A model generated the notes under the pieces. It was not told where the DNA came from, searched no databases, and worked only from the letters and a program-made list of their open reading frames with translations. Source: Chthoniobacteraceae bacterium (GTDB lineage Bacteria; Verrucomicrobiota; Verrucomicrobiia; Chthoniobacterales; Chthoniobacteraceae). Taken from it: a DNA stretch of 34,359 nt. Below are positions 28,652-34,359 of this stretch, one piece after another. The stretch lies in the NCBI GenBank assembly GCA_037190965.1, contig JBBCKI010000067.1, forward strand, positions 1 to 34,359. Direction: 5' to 3'. The position numbers were made by a program, and so were the translations under genes. Each line of letters opens with the position of its first letter. Within the stretch, counting starts at the first letter, position 1.

Positions 28652-29959
28652 TTAGTTGACGCCTCCCCCCATTCGGCGGGTTTCCAGCCGCCGCAGCCGC
28701 TCCTGAAGTTGGCGCGCGGCTTTGGTGTCGCCCGTGTTTCGGGCAATCAATGCCAGGTGGGCGAGGGCTTCGGAATGGTCCGGTTCCAGATAAAGGGCTT
28801 TGCGATAGAAGGCGGAGGCTTCTTCCATTTGCCCTGCGGCATCCTTGGCCAGACCCAGCAGGTAATAGGCGCGGGCGGAGGGGCCATGCATTTGCAGCCA
28901 GGCCTCTGTTTTTTCCATCGCTGCTTCCAGCCTTCCGCTATCAGCCAAGCGTTGGCACTCTTCGAGTGTCGTTGCTTCCGGCGGGATCAGGCGCGGGGCT
29001 CCGGCGGGCTCAGGTTTCGCGAGATGCCGCAAGGGAAGCGCGGAGACTGAGGGCGGACTGGGGGGACGCACCGGTTCGGGTAGTCGCTCGATGCGCCGGG
29101 ATCTGCGTGGAGGCACCGCAACCGTCTCTGCGGGAAGGGATATCGGAGGCTTTTTTTCCGCACTCCGGCGATGAAAGGCAAAAGCCATCGGGTAGGGCGA
29201 AGACTGGAAGCCGAATCGGCTGTAGAGGTAGGCTTCCGCATGCCCCGCGAAAACGATTCCACCGGGGGAAAGGAGAGACTCGATGGTCTCCAAAACCTGT
29301 CGTTGTCCCCGCGCGTCGAGGTAAATCAGAAGGTTGCGGCAGAAAATGACGTCCTTGGAACTGGTGCTGGAACTGAAGGCTGGATCGAGAAGGTTTGTCC
29401 TGCGGAATTGCACATGCCGTTGCACGGAGTCGTTGAGCTGCCAGAGGCCCGATTCGGTTTCCTGAAAGTAGCGGGCGCGAAAACCGGTGGAGCGCCCCCG
29501 AAAGGCATTGCGCCCGTAGCGTGCGTGCCGGGCTCGCTGGAGCGACGGGTTGCTGATGTCCACTGCTTCCACCGCGAAGCGGTCGGACGGGACCCCCGAG
29601 TCCAACAACGCCATGACGATGGAGTACGGTTCCTCGCCGGTGGAACAGGGCATGCTTAGGATCCTGAGTACTCCCTGAGAATGCGCGGGAAGCCACCGCT
29701 TGATCACCCAGTCGCTTAAGGCTGCAAAGGGCTGCTGGTCCCGGAAGAACCAGGTCTCGGGGACGACCACTGCTTCGATCAGCCGTTGTAGTTCGGCCTC
29801 GGATTCTGCCAGCAGCGCGGCGTAAGCGGCGATTTCCTTGATGCCGCGCGCTTTCATTCGCGTTTCGACCGTCAGGCGAATCGAGGCCACGCCCACCGAT
29901 GCGGCATTGAGCCCGATGGCTCGGGTCAGGCGTGTTTCGATTTCCTTGAGCGAGTTCAT
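28652..29959 (-). CDS. wspC: CheR methyltransferase with C-terminal TPR, WspC
   Basis: VVPETWFFRD, PCSTGEEPYSI, DVIFCRNLLIY; TPR AYYLLGL…YRKALYLEPDHSEALAHL. ATG at 29959 is ATGA-coupled to wspB. Confidence 0.92.
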   Translation of the reverse strand: MNSLKEIETRLTRAIGLNAASVGVASIRLTVETRMKARGIKEIAAYAALLAESEAELQRLIEAVVVPETWFFRDQQPFAALSDWVIKRWLPAHSQGVLRILSMPCSTGEEPYSIVMALLDSGVPSDRFAVEAVDISNPSLQRARHARYGRNAFRGRSTGFRARYFQETESGLWQLNDSVQRHVQFRRTNLLDPAFSSSTSSKDVIFCRNLLIYLDARGQRQVLETIESLLSPGGIVFAGHAEAYLYSRFGFQSSPYPMAFAFHRRSAEKKPPISLPAETVAVPPRRSRRIERLPEPVRPPSPPSVSALPLRHLAKPEPAGAPRLIPPEATTLEECQRLADSGRLEAAMEKTEAWLQMHGPSARAYYLLGLAKDAAGQMEEASAFYRKALYLEPDHSEALAHLALIARNTGDTKAARQLQERLRRLETRRMGGGVN

Positions 29960-30459
29960 GCGGTTTCTGTCACTTGTTGCCAGAGGCGCTCGCGCGTTTC
30001 CGGGGACAGAAGTTTTTCCACTTCCACCCGCTGGATGATGCGGCATTGCGAATGGGCCGCAACGTTGGCGGAGGAGGTCAGCCGGGCCACAGGCCCGAGG
30101 TAGGGCGCGTCGGGCGCGGCTGAAACGCCAGGTTCGACAAAGTCTTCCGGATTGAGGCGGATGGTCTCGGTGGCCATTTCCGCCAGGATGCCCAAACGAT
30201 GTTCGCCGGTTCCAGGTGTCGCCCCACAATAGCGGACCACCAGCAGACGCGTGCTCATGCTTTCCTTCGCCGGGATGCCAAGAGCCATTGCGCTCAAATC
30301 TACCACGGGCACGGGGCTTCCGTAATAGTCGAGAACACCGGCGATGCCGACCGGGGTGCAGGGGACTTTCTTGAGTTCCACGCGCGGAAGCACTTCGACG
30401 ACACGGGCTGCCTCCAGCGCGTACCGGTCCTGGCCGATGTTGAAGAGAAGGAAAATCAT
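29956..30459 (-). CDS. wspB: CheW-like adaptor WspB
   Basis: FLLFNIGQDRYALEA…VVEVLP…IAGVLDYYGSPVPVVDL…APYLGPV. Confidence 0.88.
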   Translation of the reverse strand: MIFLLFNIGQDRYALEAARVVEVLPRVELKKVPCTPVGIAGVLDYYGSPVPVVDLSAMALGIPAKESMSTRLLVVRYCGATPGTGEHRLGILAEMATETIRLNPEDFVEPGVSAAPDAPYLGPVARLTSSANVAAHSQCRIIQRVEVEKLLSPETRERLWQQVTETA

Positions 30460-31970
30460 GACCGGGGCGGGTTCGAGTCCTTGGACTTGAACTTCTCGAC
30501 GGCGCTTTGGAGACTATGGGAGGCTTCGGTGAGCTGTTCAACCGCTTCGGTGTTTTGCAGCAGGGCCTGGGCGGATTGCTGGGCGGTTTCTCCGAGTTGC
30601 GTGAGCGCTTCGCTGATCTGGCCGGCGGCGGCGGATTGTGTCTGCATCCCGTCGTTGACCGTTTCGAAACGCGGGGTAAGCGCCTGCACCTGCTGGATGA
30701 TCTGGACGAGTTGCGCGGTCACTCCACACACCTCTTCATTCCCCCGGCGGACTTCTTCTGCAAATTTGTCCATCCCCATCACCCCGGCGGAGACAGCCGA
30801 CTGCATCTCCTTGACCATTTGCTCGATATCATAGGTGGCCACGGCGGTTTGATCGGCCAATCGTCGGATCTCCGTGGCAACGACGGCGAAGCCTTGGCCG
30901 AACTCGCCCGCCTTCTCCGCCTCGATGGCGGCGTTGAGGGAGAGGAGGTTGGTTTGATCGGCCACTTTGTTGATCGTCGTGACCATCGAATTGATGTTGG
31001 CCGTCTTTTCGTTGAGGATGGCCAGCTTCGCGGAGATGATATTGGTCGCGCCCATGATCTGCCGCATTGTTCCCTCCAGGCGCGAGAGCCCGGCTTGACC
31101 GCCCGTAGCGATCTGGGCCGTTTGTTCGGCAACGGCGGCGACATCGGACATCGTTCTGCCGAGTTCGCTGGTGGTGGCCGAGATCTCTTTTGCGGTGGCG
31201 CCGATCTCGACGGAGGTCGAGGCGACTTCGTTGGCGGAGACCTGCTGCTCTTTGAGGGTGGCGGTCATTTCCGTGGTGCTGCTGTTGACCTGAATGAGCG
31301 CCATCATCAGCTTTTTGAGGGTGGCGGAGAGTTGCCGAACGATCACGACGGAGATCGAGATGGCCGCCAGCAAGCTGACCGTCGTGGCCCAGATGGCGGC
31401 CAACCGGGTGCTGGCGGTATCTTCCAAGATCTCTGCAAGAGCCTCGTTTGCCTGCGTCCTGTTATATTCCCCCATGGCTTTGAGACTGTCGATGTAAGCG
31501 ACCAGGGCAGGGGAGAGGCTGTCCTGGAAAAGGCTGAGGGCAGCCTCATTGTCCCCGGCGAGTTTCAACTCGAAGATTCTGTCGCGATATTTCGCATAGG
31601 CCTCCCGCTTGGCGAGAAGGCCTCCAAAGTCCTCTTTCTCTCTATCTTTATCCGCCGTGATCATCGCCTCGAAACTTTTGAGAAGCTTGTCGTTGGCAGC
31701 GCTGTTCGCGTTAATCGCGGCGATAATGTCGCGCGTATTTTCCTGCGAGCCGCTTACAAAGAGCCGGCTGATATGGGTTGCGTTTTCCTGCGCCTTCGTT
31801 TGAATCTCGGAGATGATCTGCAAGTGCGCGATATCGTCGTCCCGCAGTTCACCGGCCTTGTCCTTAATTTCCGCCAAACGGATGATGGAATAGGCACAGA
31901 GGGATGCGATGATCGCGATAAGTAAGGCAAAGCCGGCGCCGACGAGCTTCTGGATGGTCCAATGCTTCAT
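30456..31970 (-). CDS. wspA: Methyl-accepting chemotaxis protein WspA (TM-4HB-TM-signalling)
   Basis: Two TM helices flank a four-helix-bundle-like periplasmic domain; hairpin tip VADQTNLLSLNAAIEAEKAGEFGQGFAVVATEIRRLADQT; first gene of the wsp-like operon. Confidence 0.9.
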   Translation of the reverse strand: MKHWTIQKLVGAGFALLIAIIASLCAYSIIRLAEIKDKAGELRDDDIAHLQIISEIQTKAQENATHISRLFVSGSQENTRDIIAAINANSAANDKLLKSFEAMITADKDREKEDFGGLLAKREAYAKYRDRIFELKLAGDNEAALSLFQDSLSPALVAYIDSLKAMGEYNRTQANEALAEILEDTASTRLAAIWATTVSLLAAISISVVIVRQLSATLKKLMMALIQVNSSTTEMTATLKEQQVSANEVASTSVEIGATAKEISATTSELGRTMSDVAAVAEQTAQIATGGQAGLSRLEGTMRQIMGATNIISAKLAILNEKTANINSMVTTINKVADQTNLLSLNAAIEAEKAGEFGQGFAVVATEIRRLADQTAVATYDIEQMVKEMQSAVSAGVMGMDKFAEEVRRGNEEVCGVTAQLVQIIQQVQALTPRFETVNDGMQTQSAAAGQISEALTQLGETAQQSAQALLQNTEAVEQLTEASHSLQSAVEKFKSKDSNPPRS

Positions 31971-32141
31971 AAAGTGAGATGGGTGGGGGTATGGACAGAT
32001 GCGAGGCTTACGGAGCAGGCGGGCTGATGTCACGCCACAAATGCCCGGCTTCGGGAATTGACGTACTCATAAAACTTGCTCGCTTTCTTTCCTCGTCGTT
32101 TTTAGCCTGAATTCCGAATCCAACATCGGCATTCAGGTTTA

Positions 32142-32157
32142 ATGGCTATTTAGCCAT
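32142..32157. promoter_or_regulatory. Perfect 7-2-7 palindrome (candidate operator) just upstream of the creatininase-family gene
   Basis: ATGGCTA-TT-TAGCCAT, 5 bp before the ATG at 32163, in the divergent wspA/creatininase intergenic region. Confidence 0.4.
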
Positions 32158-32162
32158 CTTCT

Positions 32163-32978
32163 ATGACTAAGCAGGAAACTAAGCAGGAACTTAACGGGAC
32201 GAACTTTCATTTCTGGCACCATCTTACCGCGTCCGAGATCCAGGCATTAGCCGGGTCGGCGGTGACGATTCTCCCCATTGCCTCCACCGAACAGCACGGG
32301 CCTCATATGGTGACGGGAACTGATACCCTGCTCAATGACCTGCTTCAGCGAGGATTAAGCGAGAAACCACCGGAGCGCGGGCAATTTCTCCTCCTTCCGA
32401 CGCTGGCACTGGGTTCGAGCGAGCATCATGTTCCTTTCGGGGGGACGATGACGCTCCCTCCCATTCTTTACACCCAGGTGCTCACGGCGGTCATTCGAAG
32501 CCTGATCAAACAGGGGCATCAACGAATTTTTCTCCTGAATTCCCACGGTGGCAACGCTGCATCCATGGCCACCGCTCTTGCGGAGCTTGCCCAGGAATGT
32601 ACAGAGAAGGGGGTGCTGGCAGGAGGGGCGAGCTATTGGACGCTATGTGAGGCGCGCTGGCGCGCGGAGGTTCCCAATTTGAAGATGCCGAGGGTGGGGC
32701 ATGCGTGCGAAATCGAAGCTTCCCTGCTTCAGGTTGCCAGGCCGGATCTTCCCCTGCGTTGCCGCCCCGACGGGGTTGATTTTCCGGAGTTTATTCTGGA
32801 GGGGTTAACGCTGGCGGGGACGTACGATTCTTTGAGCGCCGGGGGCTATGTCGGTTTTCCTGCCGAAGGGAGCCGGGAGAAAGGTGAGGCGCTTTATCGA
32901 ATCGCCGTGGAATGTGTCGGCGAGTATCTGGCGCGTTACTCCGAACGGCCGCTGCCCGTCGATCTGCGGAAAGGGTAA
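32163..32978 (+). CDS. Creatininase/creatinine amidohydrolase family protein
   Basis: LPIASTEQHGPH…TD, GSSEHH..FGGT, LNSHGGN, GHACEIEAS metal-binding motifs. Confidence 0.9.
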   Translation: MTKQETKQELNGTNFHFWHHLTASEIQALAGSAVTILPIASTEQHGPHMVTGTDTLLNDLLQRGLSEKPPERGQFLLLPTLALGSSEHHVPFGGTMTLPPILYTQVLTAVIRSLIKQGHQRIFLLNSHGGNAASMATALAELAQECTEKGVLAGGASYWTLCEARWRAEVPNLKMPRVGHACEIEASLLQVARPDLPLRCRPDGVDFPEFILEGLTLAGTYDSLSAGGYVGFPAEGSREKGEALYRIAVECVGEYLARYSERPLPVDLRKG

Positions 32979-33036
32979 CGCACGGACGGGAGGAACCGCT
33001 TCCTTTTTTGGAAAGATTCCGGCACTTTACGAAGCC

Positions 33037-33819
33037 ATGGATTCTTTCGACGAATTGTTTTTTGAAAGCTCTCTGGATGGCTCCCGGGAGCCTTATCTCC
33101 TTTGGCTCCCGCCGGAGGGGAAGCCGACCGCGCTGGTCGTGGGCCTTCATACATGGAGTGCTGACCGCTTCAATCAAACCAAAGCGCTTCTTCCCTTCTG
33201 CCAGGAGCGGGGTTGGGCGCTTCTTTTGCCGGAATTTCGAGGCCCCAATCTGACGCGTAACCCACGCGCTCAGCAGGCGGGTGGATCGGCGCCCGCCCGG
33301 CGCGATATTGTGGATGCCACCCGGCAGGTGTTGGAAACGCATTTTGGCGGCGATGAGCGACCGCCTCTCTTTCTGGTGGGCGGCAGTGGCGGCGGCCATA
33401 TGTCTCTCATGGTGGCGGGATGCGAAGATTTCGAGTGGAGCGCCATTTCCAGCTGGTGTCCCATTACCGATCTCGCGGCCTGGCATAAAGAGAATGCGGG
33501 CTATGCCCCTCATATCGAGGCGGTCTGCGGAGGGGCTCCGGATGCATCTGAGGAGATCTGCGTTCAATATAGAGAGCGTTCTCCGATCAACTATGCCGAG
33601 CGGTTGGCCCAGTGCCGGTTGTTGCTGGCCCATGGGCGGTATGATCAGAGCGTTCCCTTCAGCCACGGTTGGTCCCTTGCGCAGGCGATCGAGCGGCATC
33701 AACCCAAGGAGCACTTCTTCTATCTGTTTGATGGAGGGCACGAAGCGCACTTTGACCACGCCTTCCGGTTCTTCGATCAAACGGTTCAAAAGAGTGTCAA
33801 AGCTGGGCTTTCCGGGTAG
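33037..33819 (+). CDS. Alpha/beta hydrolase (S9 peptidase/esterase-like)
   Basis: VGLHTWS, PEFRGPN, nucleophile elbow GGSGGGH, AHGRYDQSVP (Asp), FDGGHE (His). Confidence 0.85.
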   Translation: MDSFDELFFESSLDGSREPYLLWLPPEGKPTALVVGLHTWSADRFNQTKALLPFCQERGWALLLPEFRGPNLTRNPRAQQAGGSAPARRDIVDATRQVLETHFGGDERPPLFLVGGSGGGHMSLMVAGCEDFEWSAISSWCPITDLAAWHKENAGYAPHIEAVCGGAPDASEEICVQYRERSPINYAERLAQCRLLLAHGRYDQSVPFSHGWSLAQAIERHQPKEHFFYLFDGGHEAHFDHAFRFFDQTVQKSVKAGLSG

Positions 33820-33862
33820 CCCGCGGGGGAATCCGGCTTCAAATTTTGGAGATTGAGCCCTG

Positions 33863-33890
33863 CTGATGAAAGCCTTCATCAGAGATTTTT
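33863..33890 (+). terminator. Possible terminator hairpin after the hydrolase gene
   Basis: CTGATGAA-AGCC-TTCATCAG followed by AGATTTTT. Confidence 0.45.
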
Positions 33891-33922
33891 CAGAGAAAAG
33901 CAAAAAGAATGGAAAAAGTGGG

Positions 33923-33950
33923 TTGACGGTGGAGGGGATCGTGCTACTTT
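33923..33950 (+). promoter_or_regulatory. rrn-type sigma70 promoter P1
   Basis: TTGACG-N16-TACTTT with extended -10 TG, A-tract UP region upstream and GC-rich discriminator CCACGTCCCGC. Confidence 0.75.
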
Positions 33951-34038
33951 CCACGTCCCGCAAGGGGGCAGGGAAACCCCCACAACCGGTTGAGCGTAAA
34001 GCTCGGCTTGAGAATCGAAAGATTCTTAAGAAAATCGG

Positions 34039-34066
34039 TTGACGAAACGGAGCGAAGCGCTAAGGT
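34039..34066 (+). promoter_or_regulatory. rrn-type sigma70 promoter P2
   Basis: TTGACG-N16-TAAGGT, then GCTCGCCCCGCAA. Confidence 0.72.
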
Positions 34067-34154
34067 GCTCGCCCCGCAACCGGACGGCAGGAAAACGACG
34101 GTAAATGCCTCGGAAATCGAGTTTTACGCTTCTAAAATAAATCGAATAAATTAC

Positions 34155-34182
34155 TTGAAGCTGAGAAAAAAACCGGTAAGTT
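34155..34182 (+). promoter_or_regulatory. rrn-type sigma70 promoter P3
   Basis: TTGAAG-N16-TAAGTT, AT-rich upstream region, then TCCAGCCCCGCAA. Confidence 0.65.
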
Positions 34183-34278
34183 TCCAGCCCCGCAACGGAA
34201 ACGGGAAACGACGCGAAAGCGGCGGTTGATTCGAGTGAGAATCGAGTTTGAAGTTCGAAAATAAATCGAAAATAAAAC

Positions 34279-34306
34279 TTGAGTCCGAAAGAAAAACCGA
34301 TAAGTT
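34279..34306 (+). promoter_or_regulatory. rrn-type sigma70 promoter P4
   Basis: TTGAGT-N16-TAAGTT, AT-rich upstream region, then TCCTGTCCCGC. Confidence 0.65.
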
Positions 34307-34359
34307 TCCTGTCCCGCTAAAAACGGCGGAAAGCTCGCAACCAAGCGAGCGGCTCTCGC

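Noticed and set aside
30507..31925. 472-aa plus-strand ORF opposite wspA, and similar shadows across the wsp cluster
   Set aside because: Antisense frames of well-supported genes; GC-rich DNA has few stops.
32791..33963. 390-aa minus-strand ORF over the hydrolase gene
   Set aside because: Antisense to a gene with a complete Ser-Asp-His motif set; it has no motifs of its own.
33895..34359. Periodic repeats that might be a CRISPR array
   Set aside because: The period is ~120 bp, the units are degenerate and match promoter elements, there are no identical 25-40-bp repeats and no cas genes.

Overview
A GC-rich bacterial chromosomal segment. Gene content suggests a Verrucomicrobiota/PVC-type organism (inference only). 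The left edge is the 3' end of a 5S rRNA plus its terminator. The right edge is an array of four ~120-bp-spaced sigma70 promoters that look like rrn promoters, so the window is probably a contig broken between two co-oriented rRNA operons. The main gene clusters are: (i) hpnJ (hopanoid-associated radical SAM) followed by an acyl carrier protein, an FAD oxidoreductase and an acyl-AMP ligase, with a divergent papain-fold-like lipoprotein, which together are the best candidate for an undescribed lipid/hopanoid tailoring system; (ii) housekeeping genes gdhA, a NagD-like HAD, alkaline phosphatase and a lone gcvP; (iii) AraC with a Gfo/Idh/MocA-aldo-keto reductase fusion; (iv) a CPA1 antiporter fused to RCK and PTS-EIIA domains; (v) a complete wspABCDEF-type chemosensory operon whose output is two WspR-like receivers without GGDEF (one with a Cys-rich tail, one fused to a hybrid kinase) and whose WspA appears to lack HAMP; (vi) creatininase-family and alpha/beta-hydrolase genes. 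Non-coding DNA holds three copies of a GTAG-type REP doublet (REPIN-like), a 129-bp fully palindromic TA-ended MITE-like element that supplies the AraC stop codon, and a CGCCAAG-type inverted repeat. All calls come from reading motifs by eye; no database searches were run.
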